A stretch of DNA of 64,000 nucleotides, taken from assembly GCA_963733255.1 (NCBI GenBank), contig CAVTCH010000019.1:452328-516327 (forward strand). Reading direction: 5' to 3'. The DNA is from an uncultured Actinomycetes bacterium (GTDB taxonomy: Bacteria > Actinomycetota > Thermoleophilia > UBA2241). Positions 33,299 through 42,985 of this stretch are shown in pieces; positions within the stretch are counted from its first letter, which is position 1; each line of letters starts with the position of its first letter. The notes beneath the pieces were generated by a model, which saw only the letters and a list, made by a program, of their open reading frames with translations, was not told the DNA's origin and did not search any database. Both the position numbers and the translations under genes were made by a program.

Positions 33299-35080
33299 CT
33301 AGGCGCGCGCCGAAACCTCTTCTGACGCCACAGGCTCAGGCTGGGCGCCGGCGCTGCGGACGTCGTCGTCGAGCAGCGCCAGCGCCTTGGCCGCGACGGT
33401 CGCCCTGAAGGCCAGCCTCAGTGCCGACAGGGAGTCCGGTCCCTGGTACGGCGCCTTGAGCCGGAGCTTCACGCGGAAGGGCAGGAGCACCTTCGCCGGC
33501 TTCACCGCCGCGACCACCTGATGGCGGACGCCGGTCGGCGTGTGGCCGGGCGCCGCCAGCGCGGCGAGCAGCGTCATGGCGGCGCCTTCGTCCAAGACGT
33601 TCTCGATGGCGCTCGAGGTCAACGTATCGACGATCGTCCGCAGGATACCCTCGTCTTCGAGGAACATGCTGTCGTCGGGGACAGAGGCGTACCGCGCGAG
33701 CGGGATCGAGCGCGTCCTGCGGTCGACGATCGCCGGGAGGGCCCGGCCGTATCTGCGCAGCTCCTCGGGGAGGGTGCGAGCCACCGCGACGACGCGCCGT
33801 GACAGCAGCGGGTTCACCACCTCGACGTAGCGGCACTTGATCTCGGTCAGCGGGGCCAGCGCGTAGGGGATGTAGACCTGATGGCTGAGACGGTCACGGT
33901 ACACCGTGGGCCCCTCGTCGGCGCGCGGCTGCAGACGCTGTGGCCAGTGCTGCTCGGCCAGGCCGAGGCGATGCACGAGGTGGCCTTCGGGGTAGTCGCC
34001 GACGAGCGTGCCGTGCGCGTGCCGGCGCGCCCCGTCGTGGGTGGCCATTCGAGTCCGCACGACGAGGGGCTCGTCGCCGCGGATGACGCCGTACGCGCCT
34101 TCGGCGTACAGGTCGCGCCACATCGCGCAGCCGTCGACGTAGGCGGCGAAGGCGTCGGTCGAGCCCTCTCCGAGCTCGATGAAGCGCTGGAACGCGAGGC
34201 TGAGACCTTCGGCCGGTCGGTCGAAGTACAGATACCGGTGCTTGGCGTGAAAGCGCCGGGCGACGACGCGCGCGACGTAGGCGTCGGACAGCGGGTTGCC
34301 GGGAGACTCGCGCGTCGTCCAGGTGATGCACCTCGGCGTGCGTCCGGCGCGGTCCAGGCCCTCGAGGATGGCGCGACTGTCGCGACCGCCCGAGAGCGGC
34401 AGAAGCCAGCGCTCCGTGTCGATGTCGAGGTTGGCGCAGCTCCAGCCCACCGCATCGCGCAGGCGGTCGAGGTGCTCGCGGACACTGCCCGGCTCCGGCA
34501 CGAAGAAGGCCGGCTGCTGGACCAGCTCCTCCCGCCACGTGCGCCGGTCCAGGGTGAGCCGTGAGTCTGACGGCAGGCGCTTGACGCGCTCGTCCCACAC
34601 GGCGTCGGGGCCGAGCGTGCCGCACACCAGAAACCATGTCACGGCCTCGCGGTTCAGGTTGAGACCACCGAGCAGGGCGACCACCGCCCGTTGCGAAGTG
34701 GACACGATGAGGCGCCGCTCATCGAGCGCGTACCAGAGCGAGCGGGTCGCGGTCGCGTCGGTCACGAGCTCGACGGTCTCATGGTCGTATCTGACGAGCG
34801 CGTACGTACCGTCGGGCGGCTCGCTGCCGACCTGCCACCACTGACCCGCGGGGCCGATGGTCACGCCGATCATGACGGCACCGTCGGTCACGGAGACGCC
34901 CTCGGGGGACGGATTCACGACCACCCCGCGCAGGTCGGGCGCGTCGATCACCTGGACCGGGCGGGCCTCGATGTTGTCGGGTGACAGTCGTTCGGCGACT
35001 CGCAGGAGTCGCGCGCTCGAGTCGAGCGCGCCGCCGTCGCCGCGCTCCGCGCGCACGCACTCAAGGATGAGATCCGCCAT
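33299..35080 (-). CDS. Asparagine synthetase B-family protein lacking the N-terminal nucleophile Cys
   Basis: PP-loop LPLSGGRDSRAIL (SGGxDS). N-terminus MADLILEC... has no Cys2. Confidence 0.7.
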   Translation of the reverse strand: MADLILECVRAERGDGGALDSSARLLRVAERLSPDNIEARPVQVIDAPDLRGVVVNPSPEGVSVTDGAVMIGVTIGPAGQWWQVGSEPPDGTYALVRYDHETVELVTDATATRSLWYALDERRLIVSTSQRAVVALLGGLNLNREAVTWFLVCGTLGPDAVWDERVKRLPSDSRLTLDRRTWREELVQQPAFFVPEPGSVREHLDRLRDAVGWSCANLDIDTERWLLPLSGGRDSRAILEGLDRAGRTPRCITWTTRESPGNPLSDAYVARVVARRFHAKHRYLYFDRPAEGLSLAFQRFIELGEGSTDAFAAYVDGCAMWRDLYAEGAYGVIRGDEPLVVRTRMATHDGARRHAHGTLVGDYPEGHLVHRLGLAEQHWPQRLQPRADEGPTVYRDRLSHQVYIPYALAPLTEIKCRYVEVVNPLLSRRVVAVARTLPEELRRYGRALPAIVDRRTRSIPLARYASVPDDSMFLEDEGILRTIVDTLTSSAIENVLDEGAAMTLLAALAAPGHTPTGVRHQVVAAVKPAKVLLPFRVKLRLKAPYQGPDSLSALRLAFRATVAAKALALLDDDVRSAGAQPEPVASEEVSARA

Positions 35081-35249
35081 CAGTCCCCGCCCCCCGCTTC
35101 AGCCTTCGGCTCTCGCGCCGGTTCCGGCTGTACATAGTACGTACGCCATGCGTCGTCGTCTACCGGCCCGCACCCCAGGCGCAGAGTCGCCTTCGAGATC
35201 GGCGTGGCCCACGCGGGCAACGACGTTCTCGATCTGTGCGAAACGGAGC

Positions 35250-37154
35250 TCAGGCGGCGGCCGGCTCGCGCCCGCCGGTCAGCGCCGCCCGGGCGCGGGC
35301 GGCGCGCACCGCCTCCGTGAGCGTCACGATGTCGTAGACGCCGTAGTGACGGCGGCCGTTGATGAAGAACGTGGGTGTCCCTGTGACGCCGCTCAGGTCG
35401 GCGCTGTCGACATCGCGGGCGATATGGGCGGCGCCGGAGTAGCGGCGCAGGTCGTCGGAGAAACGCTCCTCATCGAGCCCGAGCTCACGGGCGAAGCCGA
35501 GCAGGTCCGACATGCGCAGCTTGTCCTGATGGGCCAGCAGGCGATCGTGCATCCCCCAGAAAGCGCCCTGCGCCGCCGCGGCCTCCGAGGCCTCGGCGGC
35601 AAGCTGCGCCGAGGGATGCACGTCGTTCAGGGGCAGATGCCGCCACACGTAGCGCACGTCGCCCGAACCCGCCAAGAGCTCACGCACGACCGCTTCCGCC
35701 TGCCCGCAGAAGGGGCACTCGAAGTCGGCGTACTCGACGAAGGTCACGGGCGCGTCGCGCGGTCCGCGCACGTGGTCGTGCTCGTTGTCGACCGGTACGG
35801 CCAGGTCGACGATCGGCTCCGACGAGCCGAGCAGCGCCCGCAGCCGGGAGCGCCGCGGCAGCAGGTCGATCAGGCGAAACACCGCCCACGTCGAGCAGGC
35901 GGCGAGGAGCGCGGCGCTGAGCACACCGATCGTCGCCTCCTCGAGCCGCAGGCCGCTGAAGGCGAGGCTCGCCACGAGCAGGGAGACGGTGAAGCCGACT
36001 CCCGCGGCCGCGCCCCCGCCGACGACCGCCGCCCAACCGACCGGTGGCCGCAAACGACCACCGCTCATCCGGTTCACGAGCAGCGAGGCGCCGAGGATAC
36101 CGACCGGCTTGCCGACCACGTAGCCGGCCACGATGCCCAGCGTGATGGGCGACGTGAACGCCCGCGAGAGAGAGCCGCCACTCAACTGGACGCCGGCGTT
36201 CGCCAGCGCGAACAGAGGCACGATGACGTAGCTCGTCCACGGGTGCAGGCGCGCCGCCAGGCGCTCGTTCCCAGAGATCGCCGACTCGACGCCGCTGCGC
36301 GCGGCCCGGGCGAGCTCGGGAGTCGGCTGCTCCCTGAAGAGCCGAAAGCGCTCACTCGCCCGCTCGAGGTCCGGGCGAGCCGCGGGGTAGGCGTACACCA
36401 TGAGTCCCAGGACCAGGCCGACCACGACCGGATCGACGCCCGACTCGTACAGCGCGATCCAGGCGCCCAGGCCAAAGGCCCCGTAGATCAGCCCGAACCG
36501 GCGCCCACCGCGGCGCAGCACCACGGCGCAGGCCAGCAGGCCGATCGCGGAGAGCAGCGGCAGCACGGCGATCGAACGGCTGTACACGGTCGCGATGACC
36601 ACCAGGGCGACCAGGTCGTCGACCACGACGACGGTCAGCACGAAGGCGCGCAGGCGCCCCGGCAGCTTCGGTCCGACGAGCGCCAGAACGCCGAGGGCGA
36701 ACGCGGTGTCGGTCGACATGGCCACGCCCCAGCCGTGCGCGGCTCCGCCGCCGGCGTTGAACGCCAGGTAGATCAGCACCGCCGCGGCCATACCCGACAG
36801 GCCGGCCAGAACGGGAAGGGCCGCGCGCCGTCGCTCGCGCAACTCGCCCAGGTCGAACTCGCGCCGAGCTTCGAGCCCGACGACGAAGAAGAAGAACGTC
36901 ATGAGGCCGCTGTTGACCCAGTGCCGCAGGTCCAGCGCGATCGCCGCCGAGCCCAGGTGCACCGAAAGCTTCGTCTGCCAGAGCGTGACATACGACGACG
37001 GCGCCAGGTTCACCCACAGGAGCGCGACGACGGTGGCCCCGAGCAGCACGGTGGCGCTACCCGTCTCGGTGCGCAGGAACTCGCGCAGCGGCGTCTCGAG
37101 GTTGCGCGTCCAGGCGGTGCCGCGCGCGAGCGGCCTCGGCTGCGCCTCAGCCAT
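35250..37154 (-). CDS. nhaA: Na+/H+ antiporter NhaA fused to C-terminal DsbA-like thioredoxin domain
   Basis: NhaA TM core (LWVNLAPS..., [13 protein letters not shown]) plus C-terminal [11 protein letters not shown] ... [14 protein letters not shown] at 37154, with TTG alternative at 37184. Confidence 0.85.
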   Translation of the reverse strand: MAEAQPRPLARGTAWTRNLETPLREFLRTETGSATVLLGATVVALLWVNLAPSSYVTLWQTKLSVHLGSAAIALDLRHWVNSGLMTFFFFVVGLEARREFDLGELRERRRAALPVLAGLSGMAAAVLIYLAFNAGGGAAHGWGVAMSTDTAFALGVLALVGPKLPGRLRAFVLTVVVVDDLVALVVIATVYSRSIAVLPLLSAIGLLACAVVLRRGGRRFGLIYGAFGLGAWIALYESGVDPVVVGLVLGLMVYAYPAARPDLERASERFRLFREQPTPELARAARSGVESAISGNERLAARLHPWTSYVIVPLFALANAGVQLSGGSLSRAFTSPITLGIVAGYVVGKPVGILGASLLVNRMSGGRLRPPVGWAAVVGGGAAAGVGFTVSLLVASLAFSGLRLEEATIGVLSAALLAACSTWAVFRLIDLLPRRSRLRALLGSSEPIVDLAVPVDNEHDHVRGPRDAPVTFVEYADFECPFCGQAEAVVRELLAGSGDVRYVWRHLPLNDVHPSAQLAAEASEAAAAQGAFWGMHDRLLAHQDKLRMSDLLGFARELGLDEERFSDDLRRYSGAAHIARDVDSADLSGVTGTPTFFINGRRHYGVYDIVTLTEAVRAARARAALTGGREPAAA

Positions 37155-37180
37155 GTCGGGCTCGTGGTCTGAACGGCCCT

Positions 37181-37807
37181 TCAAGCAGCGAGGCGATCGA
37201 CCATCTCGGACGCAGTCAAATGAGCCACATAGACCGGCGCCCCGGGCTGGATCTTGCGCCCGCCCTGAGCAAGGCTGCCGACGTCCACCGGGTCGAAGCC
37301 GATCTCGTCGATCAGGGTGGCCACGGCGCGTTTGGCCTCAGTGTCATCGCCGGCCAGCGGCACGGCCAGCCGTCCGCCCGCGCCCCGCGGCCTGCCCTCG
37401 TCGGCCAGCACATCCCAGCGCACCGCGTTGAACGCCTTGACGAGACGCGCTTGCGGCAGATGCTCCTGCAGGAGCTCGCTCGACGTCAGGCGGTCGTCGT
37501 CGAGCTCAGGGAAGTGGCCGTCGCGCTGCGGGTAGTAGTTGTCGGTATCGACGACGATCTTGCCTCTGACCGGCTCGGGCGGCACCGTGCGGTACTGCCC
37601 CAGCGGTATCGAGACGATGACCACATCACCGTACCGGGCGGCCTCATCGACGGTCAGCGCCCGCGCGTTCGGGCCCAGGCTCGCCACGCGCGCCTCCAGC
37701 GAGTGCGGTCCGTGGGCGTTGGCCAGCGCAATGTCGTGGCCGGCGGCGGCGAGCTTGGCGGCCAGGGTACCGCCGATGTGGCCGGCGCCGATGATCCCTA
37801 TCTTCAT
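37181..37807 (-). CDS. NADP-binding F420-dependent-NADP-reductase (Npd/FNO)-like oxidoreductase
   Basis: [28 protein letters not shown]... is a Rossmann F420_oxidored-type N-terminus. Confidence 0.6.
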   Translation of the reverse strand: MKIGIIGAGHIGGTLAAKLAAAGHDIALANAHGPHSLEARVASLGPNARALTVDEAARYGDVVIVSIPLGQYRTVPPEPVRGKIVVDTDNYYPQRDGHFPELDDDRLTSSELLQEHLPQARLVKAFNAVRWDVLADEGRPRGAGGRLAVPLAGDDTEAKRAVATLIDEIGFDPVDVGSLAQGGRKIQPGAPVYVAHLTASEMVDRLAA

Positions 37808-37892
37808 GTTCCACCTCACTGGTTGCGTCACGACGGCCCGCGCGCCGTCGCCGTTTGGCCGGCGCTCCGAGCGCCGGTGTTCCTTGCGCAAA

Positions 37893-38531
37893 TCAGTCCA
37901 GCGGCCAGCGGCCAAGTACTTCGCGGGCGGTGCCGAAGGCGCCGAGCCGGCATGCCGCGAGAGCCGTCACGATCACCTCGAAGGGCTGAAACGAGTTCGT
38001 CAAGCCTGAGGCCAACCGTTCGTCGCCCAGGCCGAGCGAAAGGTGCGGAGAATACTCCTGCCCGGTGCCGTCGACCGCGAACCGTTCGACGTATCTGACC
38101 GTCCCGTCGCCTACGGGCGACTCTCCCGGCAGCGCAAAGAAGGCCGCCCGGCTGAGCCTCGGGGCGGCCAGCGAAGCCAGCGCCGCGACGAGCTCCATCT
38201 GCAGAGTCGCGAGCGCCGGCCGCCGCTCGACATCTGCGCTGACCAGGACGATCGGCGGCGTGGTGTCCAGGGCGCCTGTGACCAGGCCGATCGCCGAGAG
38301 CCGAAGGTCACCGGTCCGCCTCGTCTCGGCGACCACCGCGGCGGCCGCCAGGACCGCGTCGAGATCGGCGCCGGCGATGGGCCGCTGCAGGACGGTGATG
38401 TGCGGCAGATGCGTCTCGTCAAAAGCGAAGCCGGAGCCCAGGTCGTCCCGCAGCGCCGCATTGAGGGCTTCGACTCGCTTCCGCGTCTCATCGTCGGGAA
38501 CGAGAAGCAGGTTGATCGCGAGCTCGTTCAC
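37893..38531 (-). CDS. 2H phosphoesterase superfamily protein (LigT/2'-5' RNA ligase-like)
   Basis: Two H-x-T/S-x motifs (HITVLQ, HLSLGL). GTG start. Confidence 0.55.
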   Translation of the reverse strand: MNELAINLLLVPDDETRKRVEALNAALRDDLGSGFAFDETHLPHITVLQRPIAGADLDAVLAAAAVVAETRRTGDLRLSAIGLVTGALDTTPPIVLVSADVERRPALATLQMELVAALASLAAPRLSRAAFFALPGESPVGDGTVRYVERFAVDGTGQEYSPHLSLGLGDERLASGLTNSFQPFEVIVTALAACRLGAFGTAREVLGRWPLD

Positions 38532-38712
38532 GTAGGACGCAGGTCGTCGTCATGCCGGCGGCCACACAGCACGCAGCGGAAGCGGCACAAAGAGTCCAGC
38601 TCCATGAGAGGCCTCGCCTTGGAGCACAGGTCCGATACCCGCAAGGTGCTCGCTGGCGCTCCGGCTCAAACGGAGCGCTCGGCCTAGCGACGGCGCGACC
38701 CCGGCGGGGCGC

Positions 38713-40440
38713 TCAGGAGTCGAAGGGCGGTGAGTGCGGCCCGGAGTCGACGGGCGGGGGCGGCCCCTCGTCGGCCTTGCGAGAGGCCAGCACGTCGGCT
38801 GCGCGCACGCCGAGATACACCTCCACTCGTCCGCCCATCGTCGAAAGATCGAGGCCCAGGACCTGCTCTATGCGCGCCAGGCGTTTGCGCAGCGTGTTGC
38901 GGTGCAGATACAGCCCGTCCGCCGTTTCGCTCACCGAGCAGCCGTGCGCCAGATAGGCGTGTAACGTAGCGTCGAGCTCAGAGCCGCGGCTATCGTCGGC
39001 GTCGCGCAGACGATCGACGACGCCCGCCTTCAGGCTGCGCAACGTTTCCCCAGACAGGCTGTCGAGGATCACGTACCGCCCGCCCATGTCCTCGAACACC
39101 GTCACGAACGATCCTGCGCTGCCGGCCGGCCCGTGCCGCAGCGCAAGCCGCGCTTGCCCGGCGGCACGCGGCACACTTTCGATGCCGGTCATCGACGCGG
39201 ACACGCCGATCGCGATCCCCGACAGGTTCATGCGGCCGGACAGCGCCGCCGCGATCTCATCAAAGAGACCTCGCGCCGCCGGCCCGGACACCGCGCCGGG
39301 AGTCGGACACAACACCAGCCCCTGGTCCGCATCCCAGTCGGCGAGGAACGGCAGGGCGCGCTCCCCGAACACCTCGTCGACACCGGCGAGCATCGTCTCG
39401 ACGAGCTCACCCGACGCGGGGCGGCCGCTCGACGGCGTCGTGACCGCAAGCGCGGCCACGCGCCATGGGGTGTTCGGCTCGATGCCGTGATACGAGAGAC
39501 GCTCGGCGAGCTCGGCCGAGTTGCCGCGCTGGTAGAGCAGCCGCTCGAGCAGGCCGGAACGAGTGCGGTGGATATCGCCGAACGCATGCCTGCCCGTGAG
39601 CTCGACCTCGAGAAGACGCTGCGCGAACGACAGCGACGCGTCGGCCAGCTCGGAGATGAGTCGCCCGGCCGGATAGGCGACGAGAAGGAGCTGCCGGACA
39701 CTCCCGGCACGGCGCACCTCGCGGAATCCGACGTAGCGATCGTCGAGCTCGAAGAAGGAGCGCGGCGCGCCCTGCTCCACGAGACGCCTGTACTCGCGCC
39801 AGGCCCGCGCGGCGAACTCGTCGTCGTCTGCCGACCCGCGGGCGGCGGACCACCGGGCCACGGTCGCGCCTCGGCGGTCGAGCACCGCGGCGTCGGCGTC
39901 GAGCAGCTCGGCCAGCCGGCGAACGAGAGCCTCGACACTCTGCTCGTCGAGAAGGGCTTCCACGAGATGCTGCTGCATCGCCACGCTGCGACGCAGGCGG
40001 TGCATGTCGCGCGAAGTGAACGCGTTGAAGACGTAGCTCGTGACCCGTCGGAACGGCGTCTCAGGGGGAACGCGAAGCACCGGCAGACCCTCGTCGTCGC
40101 CGGCAGCCAGCATCACGTCGGGGATGGCGCTCACGTTGGGCGTGATGGCGACCCCGACGCCGACCATGCCGCTGCGTTTGAGCAGGCGCACGAGCTCGGC
40201 CCCTGATTCGGGGTTGCCTTCGAGCCGCGGTCCGGTCGTGAGGACGACGCTTCCCTGCACCATCCAGGGAGTGGGATCGTCGAGGTCGCCGATGTAGACC
40301 GCTTCAATCGCCCGCGACAACCCGGCGTGCCCGGCGACGACCTCGAGGTGAAGGTCGCGCGCCTGCGCGAGCTCGGCGACCGTCAGACTCGCCTCGAGCG
40401 AGGAATGGTCGGGCGAGAGAGGTGAAGTGTGCGACTGCAT
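38713..40440 (-). CDS. PucR/CdaR-family transcriptional regulator
   Basis: C-terminal PucR HTH (LHAYLAHGCSVSETADGLYLHRNTLRKRLARIEQVLGLDL) and N-terminal PucR-type sensory domain. Confidence 0.8.
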   Translation of the reverse strand: MQSHTSPLSPDHSSLEASLTVAELAQARDLHLEVVAGHAGLSRAIEAVYIGDLDDPTPWMVQGSVVLTTGPRLEGNPESGAELVRLLKRSGMVGVGVAITPNVSAIPDVMLAAGDDEGLPVLRVPPETPFRRVTSYVFNAFTSRDMHRLRRSVAMQQHLVEALLDEQSVEALVRRLAELLDADAAVLDRRGATVARWSAARGSADDDEFAARAWREYRRLVEQGAPRSFFELDDRYVGFREVRRAGSVRQLLLVAYPAGRLISELADASLSFAQRLLEVELTGRHAFGDIHRTRSGLLERLLYQRGNSAELAERLSYHGIEPNTPWRVAALAVTTPSSGRPASGELVETMLAGVDEVFGERALPFLADWDADQGLVLCPTPGAVSGPAARGLFDEIAAALSGRMNLSGIAIGVSASMTGIESVPRAAGQARLALRHGPAGSAGSFVTVFEDMGGRYVILDSLSGETLRSLKAGVVDRLRDADDSRGSELDATLHAYLAHGCSVSETADGLYLHRNTLRKRLARIEQVLGLDLSTMGGRVEVYLGVRAADVLASRKADEGPPPPVDSGPHSPPFDS

Positions 40441-40491
40441 GGTGCAACACTACAGCGAAGTGCGCCGGCACACCCGCGATCACCGCCCACG

Positions 40492-40563
40492 GACGACAGT
40501 GGTCCGGCGGACGACAGTGGTCCGGCGGACGACAGTGGTCCGGCGGACGACAGTGGTCCGGCG
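40492..40563. repeat. 18-bp perfect tandem repeat x4 (GACGACAGTGGTCCGGCG) plus a degenerate 5th unit, intergenic
   Basis: Seen directly between the pucR start and the ADH stop. Confidence 0.85.
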
Positions 40564-40612
40564 GGCGCGACGACGCGGGGGGTAGCGCGCCGCGCCCGCC
40601 GGTGTGCCGGCG

Positions 40613-41776
40613 TCAGGCCGAATAGGCCTCCCGGAACAGCTTGAGGTAGTCCTCGTAACCGATCTCCCGGGCGTTGTCGGGCGAGCAGACGTGGTCTGCC
40701 GACAGGCGCGCCAAGGCTTCGAGGTCGTCGCTCGTGAGAGTCTCCAGCTCGCGCAATCCGGGCAGGCCGATCTGAGCGCTGAGGGCGCGGGTGGCCCCGA
40801 CCAGTGAACGCGCCGCTTCGGCGTCGGTCATGCCGGGCTTGCCGGCGCCCAGCGCCCGGGCGACGGCCGCGTGTCGGGCCGGGTCCGCTTCGAGGTTGAA
40901 CTCGAGCACGAACGGCAGGAAGACAGCACAGGCGACGCCGTGCGGCGTGCCGCGCAGGCCACCGAGGCTCTCCCCCATGCAGTGCACGGCGCCCACGTCG
41001 GCGTTCATGAACGCCATGCCGGCCAGCGTGCTCGCGAGGAGCATGTCACAGCGGGCGACGGTGTCGCCCCCGTCCTGGACCGCCGCCGGCAGCGCGTGGG
41101 CGATCAGTTCGATCGCTCGCAAGGCAAGAGCGTCGCTCACGGGGTTTGCCACCTGGCAGGTATACGCCTCGATGGCATGGACCAGGGCGTCAGCGCCGGT
41201 CGCGGCGGTCACGTTCGCCGGTAGCGATGCGGTGAGGTCGGGATCGACGATCGCCACGTCGGGGGCGATCCTCGGGTCGAGAAGGGTCATCTTGTAGCGG
41301 TGCTCTTCGTCGGTGATGACGGCGACCCACGTCACCTCGCTGCCGGTGCCCGCGGTCGTGGGCACGGCCAGCATGGGCAGCGGCTCCTTCTCGAGCTGCC
41401 GCGGGTCCTCCCAGTCCTTGACCCGGCCGCCGTTGGTCACGAGCGCCGCGGCCGCCTTGGCGGTGTCCAGGGCACTCCCCCCGCCCAGCCCGACGATGCC
41501 TTGCGCACCGAAGGCGACCGCGGCCGCCGCAGCGGCGCAGCACTCACGGTCGGATGGATTGGCGGAGACATCGCTGAAGACGGCCGACTCGACGCCCGCC
41601 TCACCGAGGGCCTCACGCGCTTTGTCGGCGAGGCCGGCGGCGACGATCCCAGGGTCGGTCACAAGCAGGACACGCTGACCCGCCAGAGCGCGCGCTTCGC
41701 CGCCCAGCTCCGCCAGCCTTCCCGCGCCAAAGACGATCCTGGTGCCGAGCTGATAGGTGAAACTCATGTCAGCCAT
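40613..41776 (-). CDS. Iron-containing alcohol dehydrogenase (lactaldehyde reductase/FucO-like)
   Basis: GGGSALDTAKAAA, AVPTTAGTGSEVT and His-rich metal site (HAIEAY..., HCMGESLGG). Confidence 0.85.
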   Translation of the reverse strand: MADMSFTYQLGTRIVFGAGRLAELGGEARALAGQRVLLVTDPGIVAAGLADKAREALGEAGVESAVFSDVSANPSDRECCAAAAAAVAFGAQGIVGLGGGSALDTAKAAAALVTNGGRVKDWEDPRQLEKEPLPMLAVPTTAGTGSEVTWVAVITDEEHRYKMTLLDPRIAPDVAIVDPDLTASLPANVTAATGADALVHAIEAYTCQVANPVSDALALRAIELIAHALPAAVQDGGDTVARCDMLLASTLAGMAFMNADVGAVHCMGESLGGLRGTPHGVACAVFLPFVLEFNLEADPARHAAVARALGAGKPGMTDAEAARSLVGATRALSAQIGLPGLRELETLTSDDLEALARLSADHVCSPDNAREIGYEDYLKLFREAYSA

Positions 41777-41857
41777 CTCCTCTGTCCTCCTTGCGAAGAC
41801 ACCTTTGCCGCACAGAGCCGGGCGAAGCGCGAAGTCAGACCGCGACCTCCCCCGCCG

Positions 41858-42793
41858 TCACGCCATGACGAGAGCGGCAACTGCCTTCTCGGTGTGCATG
41901 CGGTTCTCGCCCTGGTCCCAGAAGACGCAGTAGGGGCTTTCGATGACCTCGTCGACCATGTCCTCGCCGCGCGTGCCGGGCAGGCAGTGCATGTAGATCA
42001 CGTCGGGCTTGGCCATCTGGATGACGCGCATGTTGACCTGGTAGGGGGCGAAGTCCTTGACGCGCTGTTCCCTGTTCTCGGTGGCCATCGAGTGCCAGGT
42101 GTTGCCGTAGATCACGTCGGCGGCGGTGGCGACCTCTTCGAGATCCCTGGTGTAGACGATCTTCGACCCGCTGAGCCTGGCCCACTTCTGCGCGACGGCG
42201 AGCTGCTCGGCGTTCGGCTGATAGTCGTCGTTGGGCTGCGCCGCGTAGAAGTCCATGCCCGTCATGGCGCAGCCCATCATGAGCGAGTGGCAGACGTTCC
42301 AGATGTCGCCGAGATAGCCGACCTTGAGACCCTTGTAGGCGACCTTCTTCTCTTTGATCGTCATGAGGTCGCAGAGCCCCTGGCAGGGGTGCGTCTCGTT
42401 GGTCAGCGCGTTGATCACCGGGTTGCGCATGTACTGCGCAAACTCCTCGACGACCTCCTGGCCGAAGGTGCGGATGAACAGGCCCTCGCAGTAACGATCG
42501 ATGATGCGCGCCGTGTCGCGGATGGGCTCGCCACGACTGGTCTGCATCTGGTCGGGGCTCATGTAGAAGGTCTGGCCGCCGAGCTGAGCGATACCGGCCT
42601 GAAAGCTCAGGCGTGTGCGCGTCGACAGCTTCTCGAAGATCAGGGCCACGGTCTTTCCCTGCAGCGGCTGGTAGATCTCGCCCATGGCGCGCTTGCGCTT
42701 GAGCTCTATCGCGGTGTCCACCAGATAGCCGACTTCTTCGGGTGTGAAGTCGGCGAGCTTCAGGAAGTCTTTGCCCTTGAAATGATGCTGCAT
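41858..42793 (-). CDS. Ornithine carbamoyltransferase (catabolic type likely; could be another ATCase/OTCase-family transferase)
   Basis: STRTR, HPCQ and HCLP motifs. N-terminus MQHHFKGKDFLKLADFTPEE resembles E. coli ArgI/ArcB-like OTCases. GAGAGGAGAAG RBS. Confidence 0.85.
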   Translation of the reverse strand: MQHHFKGKDFLKLADFTPEEVGYLVDTAIELKRKRAMGEIYQPLQGKTVALIFEKLSTRTRLSFQAGIAQLGGQTFYMSPDQMQTSRGEPIRDTARIIDRYCEGLFIRTFGQEVVEEFAQYMRNPVINALTNETHPCQGLCDLMTIKEKKVAYKGLKVGYLGDIWNVCHSLMMGCAMTGMDFYAAQPNDDYQPNAEQLAVAQKWARLSGSKIVYTRDLEEVATAADVIYGNTWHSMATENREQRVKDFAPYQVNMRVIQMAKPDVIYMHCLPGTRGEDMVDEVIESPYCVFWDQGENRMHTEKAVAALVMA

Positions 42794-42985
42794 GTGCTTC
42801 TCCTCTCGATCAGCTCCAGCGGAGCTGCGTGCTTCGACCACGGCCATCACGGCAGACATCAGGGAATGCCACCCGCCGTCCCGACCCGCCGGGGATCAGG
42901 GGTCGCCGTCGCCTCCCTTGCCGCCTGCGGCCCGGCCGGGACCGGCCGACTTGCCGATCCCGGCCGGGCCGCGCGACAGCACCGT

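Noticed and set aside
37181-38531. Apparent one-base frame inconsistencies when hand-counting positions of minus-strand starts (nhaA, ligT-like)
   Set aside because: Most likely my own counting error rather than a frameshift. The ORF track gives intact frames, so I kept the track coordinates.
40492-40563. Possible CRISPR array
   Set aside because: Repeats are contiguous with no spacers and only 18 bp long, and no cas genes are present. They also appear in the window's other tandem-repeat loci as plain direct repeats.
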